Origin: Somniosus microcephalus
Lineage: Eukaryota
Direction: 5' to 3'
DNA: 64,000 nucleotides
Assembly (NCBI GenBank): GCA_052327205.1
Contig: CM126222.1
Coordinates: 47,306,001-47,370,000 of the forward strand
A program made the position numbers and the translations under genes. Shown in pieces: positions 12,307 through 26,308 of the stretch. Position 1 is the stretch's first letter. Each line of letters starts with the position of its first letter. A model generated the notes under the pieces. The model was not told the DNA's origin and did not search any database. It was given only the letters and a program-made list of their open reading frames with translations.

Positions 12307-14081
12307 GGCCCGGATTTTGCATTCATCGGTGATTGAACAGCACTCGCCCTTCATTACACTGGCAGCTTCCCACAGACTTTTTATGGGCTTTTGAGTGGCA
12401 ACCTGTGGTCATCGGGCATCTGATACAGCATGGCGCCCTCTACAGGGGATGTGGGACCTGTGTGAACAGGGCAAGCAACAGCGTTTCTCCTCAGCCAATC
12501 AGGTTGAAGAATCCTCACCGAGACCCGTATGGGGCGACTTTTGGCAGCGCATTCAGGTGTTAACGATCCTCCGAGGTGGCCAAGATGGGTCTTAAGCTGA
12601 AACACTTGTTTTACCCCACGCTTAGCGCATGATGCCCTCTTGGTGACCAGTTGAAGCCTGCGCTAGGAACGGCTGCCCAGAGCCTGGTTGAACAGTTGAT
12701 GCCACTTAAAATGCCTGCTAGCACTCATTAAAGAGCACAGCATTTTGGTGGCTAGCGCTTGTCCTAACGCCCTCTCCTAACAGTGACCAGCTGTTTGAGA
12801 GTAAACGCGGCCTTGCTGTTGATTTCAAGCGCTACTTAAAGGGATACTCACTATTTCATGTTCATTGCTGCTGGAGCTGTGAAAAGGACCTCTGAAACAC
12901 ATCAGGAGACTTTCTGAGACACTTTGTCAAGACTTCACCAACACTCAAGCAACATTTATTCTGGAAATTCTCTGAGGACTTCACCTAAAAAGAGTGCGTG
13001 CTGTGCAGGAGATAGGAAGTGCTTGGTCATGGACATCTTGCTAGGGGTCCCCTGTGGTCTGGACAAGGAATGGGAGGAGGACACGCGGCCAGGCAGAGCA
13101 GCATCAGCTGCTGCAGGAGAGAGGGACAGCAGGGCAAGGAGGCGAGGTGGCGTCCTTCACCCCTGTAGGTACAGGACATCCCTCCTCCTCTGGACCTCCT
13201 CCACCAGGACCTCAAGAGCCGCGTCCGAGAACCTTTGTGCCCTCTCCCTCGGTCCCCGAGCCATCCTGCAACGTGCCTGTGTGTGCCAGCCAGAGCCCTC
13301 CACACCTTCAGTGGAAGTGGGTGCGAGGAGCCCACATATACTGCTCCACGAAAATTGAGCACTGCACTCATTTCAGCCTTTGGCCAAAATAACTTCCGCA
13401 GAATCTAAACAAGGAAGTGTAAGTTAGAATAGTTAAATCATTGCAAGTTCATGTACCGGAAACAAAATAAAGAGGGAAAGAAAGAAGGGATTAAGAGAGA
13501 GAGATAAAAGAGACAGAAAGAAAAAGTAAAAAAAAAGTTTTAATGTTTAATTTTTTTTAAAAATCTCCAATAATTAAAATTTGAAAGAATGAAACTCCAC
13601 ACTTTAAAAAGTAAATTTTCAGTGCCAGAGAGGTTGTTTGGTAGTAATAAATACTTACTACCAATATTCCCTCTTTTTTTTGGGTGCGCGGCCCCTTTAA
13701 GGCGCGAAACTTAAAATTAAAAAAGCCGGTCTCGGGTTGTGCGGGACCGGCAGAGAGCTGCACAGCCGCGCAGCCTATAGGGAGCCACTAAAAATTCACT
13801 CAAACTTGAATGGGCAAGCTCTAACTTATTCTCGTATGTCTGTGGGCAACTAGTGGGTAAGTACCGCAACTTCACGCCGTTCTTGTGTTTGAATGCCGAA
13901 TCTCTCGGCGAGGTACCAGTGTAGCGAAGCTTGTGGAGGAGCAGGGCAAATCGGACATCAACTTCCTGATTTCTGTGTTTAACTGCGCATGTGCGGACGC
14001 CAGAAGTTGCGGTCCGATTTACTCCTTAATAACGGTGAGCGCGGATAGCCTCACCATTATTACTACCGCAAAATCCGGGTC
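12307..14081. mobile_element. Non-autonomous Harbinger element (1.77 kb) with a possible transposase 5' remnant
   Basis: TIRs GGCCCGGATTTTGC ... GCAAAATCCGGGTC flanked by the 3-bp TSD ATT/ATT. The internal + strand segment ~13030-13350 (MDILLGVPCGLDKEWEED...RRRGG..PCRYR) resembles acidic/Arg-rich N-termini of vertebrate HARBI-like transposases (recalled, weak). Confidence 0.8.
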
Positions 14082-15770
14082 ATTATTTTTTTTTTGTTTT
14101 CGCACATTATTCTCTAGGATTTTTTAATCAGCACTTTACAAAAACATAGGACTGTGGTGGTGCTATGAACTAAATCCCATCCTGCAGTAGAGCTCATCAC
14201 TCTTCTGTGTACTCTCAAAAGCCAATCCTGTCTAATGTGCACATTAAACTTCTGCCCAGAAGCTTTCTAAAACAATACTTTATTAAAACACACACGTTTT
14301 AGAAGTGTTTTACATTACTTCGGGTTTGAATTTATAGGATTACATTTCCTTTTTTAATTTAAAGCCATTCAATTCATATTTCAGTTCTCACTTTTTAAGT
14401 GGAGAACCCCCACCTCCATCCCCCCCAACAAAAACAAGCCATGTTGCACAGAAGACCAACTGATTAACTTCGAGCAGCCTATTTGAAATAAATATTGCAG
14501 ATTTGAAGAGTGTGTGAATCAAAATGCAGGAAACAAAATGCAAGTCGAGGTAAATAAATAATTAGTAATTAAAGAATAAGGAAATACTTGTTGCAGATAT
14601 TTAATCATCAATTTATTTTAGTGCTTTCATGCTGACTCTCAGCATCAAGTTTATTGTGCAAGCCTTTTCATTTTTTTTAAAGTTTATTTATTTTCGCTTT
14701 ACTGCTGTGAGAATATATTTTCTAACAACCAATATTCTTTTACTTAGTGACAAGTGCTAGTGTAGAACAGTGACCTTTCCTGCTTGCCTCAGCAGGTCTT
14801 TAAGCATGTGATAAGAAAAAGTAAACACCATGAATAATCCTGCTGTGATTTTTCACAACTTTTTATCCAATTAGAAGCTAGGGGGTTTACAATACTCGAT
14901 ATCCTGATAAGCCAACAATAGAAGAATTCATTTCGCATTATAGTCAGCTCAATGGAATTAAAGTTCTTTTAAGACACAGAGGGAATTGTGCATGTTGTGG
15001 GCATTTCCATGCTGCTTTATTTTAAGTTAGAATGAGGAACTCCACTATGTAAACTTTAAATGCAGATACATTCCTTATCATGAGCTGGTAATTTTAAACG
15101 GCCACAGAAATCTAACCAAAGAACAAGAGCATCAGTATATGGCACTGCTTACTGGAAAAAAAGCTATACAAAGATATCTTAGTATTTGAAGGGAAAGACA
15201 ATCATTAACCATTTCAATAACACATTCAATTAAATAAGACCAAAGTGGCAATAAACCAAAATATTATAAACTTAAAGTACTCAAAAGCTAATAAATACGT
15301 GACATTTAACTGACAGCCGGATCAACAGAGCCTGATAAATCTGTATTACAGCTCAATATAACTGCATTTTAACCACATGGTGATGATGAAAGGCCTGTCA
15401 ATCAGGATTAAATGGGCTCTTCGGCAAAGACATGAACTTTTCCCTTTGACCTTTGTTAGCATCAAATGATGTTAGCACTGTCTTGCTAAAAAAGCTGAAG
15501 AAGCCAACCTTCTTCCAGATGGCAAAGGCCTTTCCACTTGGGATATACAGAATGAATTCCCAACCACCTTACACGGTCCAATTTCTTGGAACTCAGATGG
15601 ATTGGGGTAGTCTATTAGTTCCAGCGATGATTTAAATCAGTATTACAAGACTCATACTCCATGGTCCCCTGGGGGGAATTACCCTGAGTCAGTGTGTCCT
15701 ACTTTGATTTGATAATTGATAACATTTCCTTTTTAACGGACTACCTTCTGTAGTTTTTCCACATTCTCAC

Positions 15771-15936
15771 AGGCACATCAAAGTAGAAAAGGAACAAGGC
15801 CAGAATACATTCCCAAGCATTACATGCCATTGGTGTAAACGTATCAAAGAGACTTTGTTCCTTCTAACCAGATGATGGGTGGAGGAATATTCTGCACCAC
15901 AATTAAGTTTTTCTTCCCACCACAAGTACCTCAATT
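15771..15936 (-). other. Candidate cassette or non-coding exon (166 nt)
   Basis: Acceptor ttttatttttccactcatttttgttcctctccag and donor CCT|gtgaga. One frame is open (ELRYLWWEEKL...TLMC), but the product is not recognised and the length is not a multiple of 3. Confidence 0.25.
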
Positions 15937-16999
15937 CTGGAGAGGAACAAAAATGAGTGGAAAAATAAAAACACGTCAATAATCATACGAGAGATTTGCT
16001 TAGATCCATGAGCAAAAATGGAAAAATAGAAGAGAAATACGGGTCTGCGGCAAGTGTTCTAATACCTCTTGAAAATACGACATCATTGCATGGAAGGTAG
16101 TTATACAAAGCTCATTGTTATAGTTTGTTTGTAAAGTATATATTTTTTTAATGTGTTGTGTCGTTCTCAAGCACAGTACAGCCTTCTCTTAATTCAAAGA
16201 TCTTAGATTAGAATTGAAATCGTGCAAAAAATGTCATCAGTGCTGTCAAGATACTGGGCAATTTAAATCTTTTCAGGCAAAAAAAAATCAACTTTAAATT
16301 AAGAGGAATAAGCTGTTTAGGTAACTTTGAGGATTGCACTCCTTCACGTTAGTAAACAGCTTAATGAAAACTCTTACTCTGAAACGGACTGGTATCATTT
16401 AAAAAAAATACAATAATGATGCTATCTTCAGTTGCTTCCAGCTCTTTCCCCCTCCCATCCCACAGTACTGAAAACAACCCTGCAATACAGAAAGACTGGA
16501 GTTATACTCCACCTGTTATGGAAACCAAGCTCTGTGAAATGGCCTCCTGGAGGACATCTCACGTCACTTGGCTTGGTTAAACTAACACATTTGTGTCAAT
16601 GTGTACGCAAAACCACTTGGCACTGACCCAAAAAATTGCAATATAACTGTAGCCTTAAATTGTCAGAAATTGTACACTCTCTGGAACCACAAAGTTTCAA
16701 TAAATAATTGAATAATTAGCTGGTAGAATGCATTAGATTCAGCTGGAATTATACAAGGCTGAGTTGTGTTTCATGTGAGGCCATTGTTTAGTTTAGCACT
16801 TAAGAAATTCAGAAACATAACAAATAATGTCATAACCCGCAGAAAACGTGTTTGACCTCAGCAATTAAATTTTCTTAAAATTGCAGCAGTTTTAAAATTC
16901 ATTCCCAATGCTCCCTGAATGAGAATTTATAAATGTTCACATGAATAAAGACTTAACATAGGCAGTTTTATTTTTTCCCACCCGCAGAATGGCTCTTTT

Positions 17000-17350
17000 T
17001 CCACCTTGATTTATACTGAGGTACAGTTCCCTCTGCTACCTCAAGTCCCTATTCCTCAATGTGTGAACCTACACAGTATCAGCAGGCTTTTTCACAACTA
17101 GGACATCACAGCCAAACCTAATTACCTCCTTAGCCTTACACGCCCTTTCCATCAGGAGTCACTGGATAGCAAAGAAGAAAGTCTGGATGATATTTCCGCC
17201 CCCCACCCCCACTCTTGCCTAGGGACACTGAAGCCAATTACTGGTCTGGCTGAGATCAGCTAACTCAGCAAAAAGAGATTCAGGCTGGAAACTTCCTGGT
17301 CTGTTTGGCTCAGTCTCATACTGAGCAGTGCATTTACCCATTCGGCCAGC
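17000..17350 (-). mobile_element. Ancient tRNA-derived SINE (AmnSINE2-like family), near complete
   Basis: ggctgagatcagctaactcagca, gagtcactggatagc and head cttcctggtctgtttggctcag...gcatttaccc. Confidence 0.65.
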
Positions 17351-19029
17351 ATTTTTTCCTGTCATAAAAAAGTAAAATCTAATCTCTTCAAGGACGTTTC
17401 AAGAAGAATGTGCATTCTGCCATCTCTCTACTAAAGTGCTGCATTATTGCAGTAATCATAACAGTAGTTACTTCTTCAGAACTATTGTACCATAAAGTTA
17501 AAATATCAGGTTTGATTTTTAACTTTACATTCTCTGAAGGTTATAGAAGGCAAACAGACCTTGTAAGGCATTAAATAATAAATTTAGAATCAAAGGTTCA
17601 CACAAGGGGAGGTATAAATTGACTAAACCCAAAATACATTGTGCTGCTTCATCTTAAAAGTCCATTCACAAGAAAAGTGAAACTTCATAATGTACCCACT
17701 GTAATGGGAAAAACAAACTTTGATTCAGGAAAAAAAACGTTCACGTTGGAGACTGAATTCAGAGTATTTCCTGAGAGGGTGGCGAGCACATTTGAACATG
17801 GATTCTCACAATTAACAGTGCTCTTTAGTGACACATGTCGATCTGGAGTTTCAAGGAATAGTCTCTCAGACATTAAACTACACTTCTGTTTCCATGACTC
17901 CTTTTGTGCAATCAATGCAATTTTACATCTGCGAGTCATTCAGTGAACGAGCTGCACAAAAAACAGATGCATTTTACCAAATATGTGCAAGATTTATTAA
18001 AGCATGAGAAGATTTTGCTGGCACACGTACAAGAAAAAGGTACTTTGTTTTTTTTTAAAAAAAGCTTTCACACATGTAGATCCACTTTCATGGATTTCAA
18101 AAGCAGATGGTCAATGGCCACTGGGTCCAAAACAGCAATGGCACAAACTAGCTATAAAATGTGACCTGCAGCATTAGTATAATCACAAACACATGCAAAC
18201 CTTTCTGTCCAGAGGTTAACATGGATTCGCCAGATTTCTCCATAACACAAATTTCACATTGAATGCACTTTTCTATAGCTAATATGTGGAATGTTTGGAA
18301 TGGTTTTTTTTTTTTTGAGCAGCCCAATACCGTACCTAAAAATGTTCAAAGTATCAGAAAGATATCCACATGCGAACAACACTAAGTAGGTACAAAACGA
18401 CATTATTGGCAGCTGAGCACCGGAGATCTTACACACACTAATGACTGCATATTCCAAGAAAGTGACTTGTGCCTCTCGAATTATTTCAACAGTAAATCAG
18501 CATAACATAGAGTAAAATGACAATGCTTGCTGCTGGGAGCTGTCGGGCAGTTGTGTGTACTTGAATATTTGCATATTAAATTAACATTAATATATGCTAC
18601 CGTGTGTACACCAGTTAGATGACTACTGGCGCAAATTTCCATGGATTCTTTTTTTGCGACAGATGTGATAATCTCCAAAATAAAATGCAAGCTGAACTAA
18701 CCTGTTTTATAGCACACAGTGCGTACACTGAATATAGGATTTCCCAGTAACCAGCTGCAGATATTTTCTCAATAAACCTACAATGATGTCATAGTCGCTT
18801 ATCCTCCTGTGTGATCATCCATCATTAAGGAAATGAAGTGCACTGACAGCTGGTGCTTGCGCCAGCAGCGAAGTTTGGCACATAAAACAGACCATTAACA
18901 AAACAAACCCGCCGCAGAAAATTAAAACCAAAAATATAAAGATTTAAAATACAGATACCACTAACAGACTATACGATAAGCTCGGGGTTTAGAGGATGGC
19001 TATACACTGATACAGTCTACTTCTGATAA

Positions 19030-19236
19030 TTCAACAATGTGATAGGGTGGTGGAAATAGATTCAATAGTAGCTTTCAAAAGGGAATTGGATAAATACTTG
19101 AAGGAGAAAGAATTGCAGGGAAATGGGGAAAGCGCGGGGGAGTAGGACTAACTGGATCGCTCTTCGAAAGAGCCGGTGCAGATCCGATGGGACGAATGGC
19201 CTCCTGCTGTGCTGTACTATTCTATGATTCTATGAA
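19030..19236 (+). mobile_element. CR1 LINE 3' end
   Basis: agggtggtgga...ttcaaaagggaattggataaatacttg...gaatggcctcct and a (ttctatga)n tail. Confidence 0.85.
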
Positions 19237-20556
19237 TTATATAGAGCCTTTAACATAGAAAAACATTGCAAGGTGTTTCACAAGAGCACAAGAAAATAAT
19301 TCAAAGACTCTTTTTTGGCACTAAAAAACAGCAATTCTCCAATAATTTGAATTAAGCAACAAATAGCAATGCAGAGTAGAAATTTAGTGCTTAAAAAGTT
19401 GAATTATCAAATAGTTTGAATTAAGTCATATTGAAAATTAAAGAGCAGACTATTATTTCTGTTGATAACTATAAATTGCAATTTCCTTAACACAATTGGC
19501 AATCCTTCAGTATGACGTCACCCTGCACATACAACAGGGACATACTTTTGTCAGTGTTTGTACAGAGTGATATTTATATCAAAACAAGCCAAAAAGCAAA
19601 TATGGATGAACAGCAATAAAATATTCAGTACTTCTGAGTGAATCATAATTTCAAGGCAATTATCTCAAATTAAGGTTCTGATAATCATTCTAAATCAGAT
19701 TTACACTGGAGGTTCATGATATTTTCTGAACCCCTCAATTAAATGCTCCAGGTTATTAATGTCCATGTAATCAGGTTGTCAAGAACACAAATGTACCAAT
19801 TTTTATTCAAAAAATTGAGGCATTTTGGCAATTTAAAAATGGCAAACAGAACAGACACAACAACCGGCCACACGCTGGAGCAGCCCCCAGTGAACTGGGA
19901 TTTTAACTGGGCCGGGGAAGAATGTGGAATGTGGCGATGGGTTGGACACTGGAATTGTAATGGTTTCTATTGCAGTTCAAGCTTCACTTCCACCTGTAGG
20001 AACACAATGCTCTATAATGATCTCCGATGTCTCATTTGTTTTGTTAACTGAAGCTCCTCAATGCTCCTGTGATCAAGTGAAAGCCCATCTTTCAAAATCA
20101 GACTACAGATGCTGCTGACTGAGTTAGATTTCTTTATTGAGAAATAAATGTGACTTGCACTCCAAGGTTGTTTCCAAAATAATTCAAATATTTATGAAGG
20201 ACAAAAGACAGGTGGGAATTATTTTCCATTTACTAATGTATAGTGAGCCTATTTGTACTATTAAATTAGCCCCACAATCTGCATGATAATGGTGCTATAA
20301 CACAAAATCTACAGGATCACAATGAATCTTAATAATAGTGTGCATTAGATTACATGCCAGATACCAGGCCTTCTGCTGAAGGCAGAATAAATATAAGGAA
20401 AAAACATTTCTATAAAATATACCATTTCACAACATGTAAAGTAATGCTGTGGGTCCCATGACCTCTGACCATTGGTGGGCTGTGGTTGGCTGGAGTATCC
20501 ATGCCCAGTAACAATATACATACAACAGAACTGATATTTTGCCGGACTTATACCCT

Positions 20557-21340
20557 GGGCGCGATCTTGCCAGGCCTGGGGAGGCAGGTATGGAGGCGGG
20601 ACTGCCGAGAAAATGGTAGAATTTGGGGGCGGGTGCCCAACCCGCCTCTGTGCCATCTTCCCAGGAGGCGGGTAGCCGACCCACGCCGGGTCCTGTCTCC
20701 TTGGAGGCGGGAAGGGGATGACAGCCACTTAACTGCCTGTTAACAGGCAGATAAGAGGATTATCCCCATTTTACCCACACAAGTGCGGGCTTCCCGAAGG
20801 CTGCGAACCCTGCCAAGCGAGCAGTGGGTCTGCGGGGTGCAAAAGTGCGCTGTGAAGGTGAGTGATGGGTGCAAGTGTGGAGAGGTGAGTATCTGAGGTA
20901 AGTGGAAAGTGTCAGAAAATGTTTACTTACCTTTGTTTCTTCCTGCAGGCGTCAAGAGTTGGGTATGCGGAGAGTCTCGCACCTCCGCGGCAGAGATGGC
21001 AGATTCTCCAATGCAGCAACCATCTCATTTCTGCTAAAGAAAGAGGTTTGATGAGTCTTGAATTCAAGCACTCATCAAACTACAGAGAATGTCAGTATTT
21101 GACAGCTTCACAGAGCTGTCAAACGATGACAATTCATCTGTCAAAAATTTTTGACAGATGAAACGACATACGTTGACGTTCTCTGTAACCGGCTTTCCCT
21201 TAATTGGCCTGCTCAGCCCGCTTAACAAGGTCAATCAAGGGAAAATAGCGCGGGTTGGCCACAAATTGATGGAGGCGGGACATCGACTCGACAAGCAGCA
21301 GTCCCGCCTCCAACGCGCCCCCATTGACAAAATTGCCCCC
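20557..21340. mobile_element. Harbinger-type MITE (family B)
   Basis: Imperfect TIRs GGGCGCGATCTTGCCA ... TGACAAAATTGCCCCC. The right arm is closely similar to the reverse complement of 27157-27400. Confidence 0.75.
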
Positions 21341-22537
21341 CCGTCCCCATCAGTATCAATACAATATTTACAGAACCCACAAGCACTATTGTCTTATTTA
21401 CTTGTGTGCTGTTTCTTCATGCACTAGTTTATTGAAATTTAATGCACAATATGCTAGAAGATTGATAAAACTATATCTTAAGCAATGATTACATAAATAT
21501 CCATAAGGTCTCATAAAATTAGAGTAGTCACTTTAACAAATTGCCAAAGGAAATTGGCAACACGGTTATCACACTGAGTCAATACAGAATGGAGTGTGTA
21601 AGTAATCCAATATAGGCAACAATTATTCTGTAAAAAGCGATAGATGGCAAAGGATTGCTCTTGCTAAAGCATTTACCACCACCCTGGCACCTCCACGATC
21701 AAGTAAATATTATGATAGAGATGCCCAAAATGTTTTAAGATACAAAAGAGCACCCATTAAAAAATTACAATAGTAATTCAATTGTAAACTAACCATATTA
21801 AAAACAGTTCCTTATGAGGAAATGCTTGAATTCCTTACAGCAAACAGTTAAGAATTTGGGGGAAAAAAATTACTACAACACAAGACACAAGCTATGAGAT
21901 TTCTCACACATGTTACAAAAGCAATTTGGGGTATTTTATGAAAAAAAAGAAACAACATTTTGCATTTGGTTAACGTCTACATGCCCAGATCTGAATGAAT
22001 AATTTGTCGCCTGTCACACAAAAATCCAATTCTGCTGTTAAATATTTGCGCACTGCAAACATCAGTCAATGATATCTCTATTCACTGCCTAAGCTTTGCG
22101 TAGGGTCCTTTCCTGCCCAGGGGAAGATTATTCAACAACTAACCTCCTCTGGGAATTTTACTGCAAGGGAAATTTCTTCAATCTGGAATTGGGAGTGCAA
22201 GATAAAATTACAATGAACGTTAACCTATGGAAATGTTTTACTCAATGAGTGTGATGAGGTATGATTATAGGTACATGATCGTAACTATCCCTGCTCCATT
22301 AAAATGACAAAACATGAGCTCACAAGGGATATCCGGAAAGTGTATCAATGCTTGTAACCATCTAACTGGGTGCTTTGGGTGTCAAAACAGCGTGAAACAG
22401 TCAAGGGAACAGCAGTGGTGACAATATCCATACAACACCAGAGACAACTTAATCACAGAGCAGTGGGCTTGTGCTGAGGGATTCTTTTTCTGTCTCAGTC
22501 CAGTATTTGGCATCTACAGGATTTTTAAAAAATCATG

Positions 22538-23232
22538 AGCCCGTATTTTCCGATCGGAGGCTTCCTGCGTGCGGAGGCCTCTGATCTGGAAAAATCTACG
22601 GACTTACCTGAGGGCTCCCGAGGTGCGTATACTTCCGCTCCTGGGCCTCTCCAAACTCGAAATGCGCAGGGCCCTCGTATCCCAGAGGCGCACGCAGTTC
22701 ACAAGCATCCCTGGGATCATGTGGGTCATGGGGAGCCAATAGAAGGGAATCCCCCTTCATACACTTGACAGATAGACCTGTCAAATATATGAATGGAGAT
22801 CACCACAAAAACACTGTAAAACATTAAATAATTTTTTTTTTAATCACATTTTTAAAATGATTTGAAATTACAATAAATTAAATATTTCAAACAAAAATAA
22901 ACTTACCTTTTTAAAAGTATTTTAAAATGATAAATGAGTGGAAAAAAAATTTAAAACTTTTTTTCAACTCTTATGCTGGTAAAAGCAGGCCTTACACTTG
23001 CTTTTACCAGGCGTAAGGTTTCTAAGGGTTTTCTGCAGGCGGAGGTTCTCCAGAAAGCAGAACTATCCGCCCGCAGAGGCCCATCTCCAGGGCAGGCGTT
23101 CGATCTGTCAAGAGCATTCTTGACAGATTGGAAATGCCGGTTTTCAGCGCATGCGCTGTGCATGCCTGAAACCGGCATTTCCAATGTCCTTATGAGTGCG
23201 TACGCACCCGCAGGGATCAGAATATACGGCCC
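22538..23232. mobile_element. Harbinger-type MITE (family A, copy 2)
   Basis: TIRs AGCCCGTATTTTCCGATC ... GATCAGAATATACGGCCC with 3-bp TSD ATG/ATG. Colinear with 10169-10929. Confidence 0.88.
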
Positions 23233-24189
23233 ATGATATTTTAAACCATGGCAATGCTACTGGAAGACAACCAAGTTGAGCAAAGATTTCACTACACCAG
23301 AAGCTAAACAGGAAAACATTTGATGTCACTGCATGTTTAAATATTGTGCAGATGTAAATGTGAGGGAGCACACAGCTTACCGCAATGTAACCGCCTTGGG
23401 GTATTTTGTATTGAGGTTTGAACTAATGATATATTTGATTCAAAGTGTTATATATTTATTACACTGCATCCCCTTATGTTAGATTTTATAGGTCCATCCT
23501 TTCCATTATTGGTTTACATTTCTAATTACTTTACTCTAATTATTTCTCTTTTTGCAGCTTTTCTCTCTCATTATTACTGCTGTAATGTAAACTTCATTCG
23601 TTTAGACATATTTATAAATACTGTCCTTTTCTTCTTTATTTATACTCAAATCCATGCCGGAATGCCAATAATATTGTACATAAACAGCATTTTGTACATG
23701 AAGGAGGATAGTGTAGCTCTTTAACACAGATTTCTATGGCAGATACACTGTGGTGCCAACAGAATAAGTGAAGTGCTTAGCGAAGCTTAGACTTGATAAT
23801 GGTTCTTTGGTCAAATGAGAACAGGGGGAGTAAGGACTGACACAAATGAAGGAGATTGGGGACAAATAGGGTAAATTATATTAAGCTATCGAAAAGTACT
23901 GTACATCATTTGAATAAAATGGTACTCCCCTCTTGCACTGTAAAAAACATATGCTGCTGTCAACAAAATATTATAATTACAAGATGGAAAAAGTTAATAA
24001 TCAAATCAAAGATTTCTACCACAAACAAAACACTGCATCATCAACTCTGTATTTCTGCCAATCTGGCACACTGTTAATTGAGAATGTGAACAGTGTTTTG
24101 ATTCTGGAACTCAAGTATTTTGCAAGATTGACCACGTCGAAACTATCAGCAACCCCAATGATTTTTCCTCTATTACCTTAACTGGTAAA

Positions 24190-26308
24190 GTAATCCAAAC
24201 ATTTAAGGAGATATTTCATAACTCTCAACAGAAATATATTCCAGTGAGAAAGAAAGATTTTAAGAGAAGGGAGCACTATCTGTGGCTAACTAAGGAAGTA
24301 AAGGATGGTATCAAATTGAAAATGAAGGCATACAATGTTGCCAAGATTGGTGGGAGGCCAGAGGATTAGGATATTTAAAAAAACCAGCAAAGGATGACTA
24401 AAAAAATAATAAAGAGAGAGATGAATTATGAGAGTAAACTGACAAGAAATATTAAAACAGATAGTAAGAGCTTCGACAGGTATATAAAAAGGAAGAGAGT
24501 AGCTAAAGTAAACGTTGGTCCCTTAGAGGATGAGAATGGGGTATTAATAACGGGGAACGGGGAAATGGCAGAGACTCTGAACAAATAGTTTGCATCTGTC
24601 TTCACTGTAGAAGACACTAACAACATCCCAATAATGGATAATCAAGAGGCCACAGGGAGGAGGGAACTAAAGACCATCACGATCACTAAGGAAAAAGTAC
24701 TTGGTAAAATAATGGGACTAAAAGACTACAAGTCCCCTGGACCAGATGGCCTGCATCCCAGGGTCTTAAAAGAAGTGGCTGCAGAGATAGTGGATGCATT
24801 GGTTGCAATATACCAAAATTCCCTGGACTCTGGAGAGGTCCCAGCGGATTGGAAAAACCGCAAATGTAACGCCCCTATTTAAGAAAAGAGGGAGACAGAA
24901 AGCAGGAAACTATAGACTAGTTAGCCTAACATCCGTCATTGGGAAAATGCTGGAGTCCTTCATTAAGGAAGCGGTAACAGGGCATTTGGAAAATCATAAT
25001 GCAGTCAAGCAGAGTCAGCATGGTTTTAGGAAAGGGAAATCATGTTTAACAAATTCGCTGGAGTGCTTTGAGGAGGTAACGAGCAGGGTGGACAAAGGTG
25101 AGCCAGTGGATGTGGTGTATTTGGATTTCCAGAAGGCATTCGATAAGGTGCCACATAAAAGGTTACTGCATAAGATAAGAGCTCACGGAGTTGGGGGTAA
25201 TATATTAGCATGGATAGAGAATTGGCTGACGAACAGAAAGCAGAGAGTCGGGATAAATGGGTAATTTTCCGGTTGGCAAACGGTAACTAGTGGGGTGCCA
25301 CAGGGATCGGTGCTGGGGCCTCAACTATTTACAATCTATATTAATGATTGGATGAAGGGACCGAGTGTAATGTAGCCAAGTTTGCAGATGATACAAAGAT
25401 GGGTGGGAAAGCAAGTTGTGCAGAGGACTGAAAGAATCTGCAAAGGGATATAGACAGGCTAAATGAGTGGGCAAACATTTGGCTGATGGAGTATAATGTG
25501 GGAAAGTGCGAGGTTATCCACCTTGGCAGGAAAAATAAAAAAGCAAATTATTATTTGAATGGAGAGAGATTACAAAATGGTACAGTTCAGGGGGACCTGG
25601 GGGTCCTTGTGCATGAAACACAAAAAGTTACCATGCAGGTACAGCAAGTAATCAAAAAGGCAAATAGAATGTTGGCCTTTATTGCAAGGGGGTTGGAGTA
25701 TAAAAGCAGGGAAGACCTGCTACAACTGTACAGGGTATTGGTGAGACCACACCTTGAGTACTGTGTACAATTTTGGTCTCCTTATTTAAGGATATACTTG
25801 CATTGGAGGCAGTTCAGAGACGATTCACATGGTTGATTCCTGAGATGAGGGGGTTGACTTATGAAGAAAGGTTGAGCAGGTTGGGCCTATACTCATTGGA
25901 ATTTAGAAGAATGAGAGGTGATCTTATTGAAACCTATGATACTGAGGGGGCTCGACAAGGTAGATGCAGAGAAGATGTTTCCCATCATGAGGAAATCTAG
26001 AACTCGGGGGCATAGTTTCAGAATAAAGGGTCGCCCTTTTAGAACTGAGATGAGGAGGAGTTTCTTCTCTCAGAGGGTCGTAAATCTGTGGAATTCTCTG
26101 CCCCAGAGAGCCGTGGAGGCTGGGTCATTAAATACATTTAAGGTGGAGATAGATTTTTGCAAGATAAGGGAGTGAAGGGTTATGGGAAATGGGCAGGGAA
26201 GTGGCTTTGAGCCCAAGATCAGCCATGATTTTATTGAATGGCGGAGCAGGCTCGAGGGGCCAAGTGGCCTATTCCTGCTCCTATTTCTTACGCTCTTATG
26301 TTCTTATG
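24190..26308 (+). mobile_element. CR1/L3 LINE, 5'-truncated, ~2.1 kb, broken ORF2 reverse transcriptase
   Basis: [61 protein letters not shown] and FADD (tttgcagatgat at 25381) are spread over frameshifted ORFs. CR1 3'UTR and cttatgtt tail. Confidence 0.97.

Noticed and set aside
24394-26175. Functional reverse transcriptase gene
   Set aside because: Split by several frameshifts and stops, 5'-truncated, and no endonuclease domain; a dead CR1 copy.
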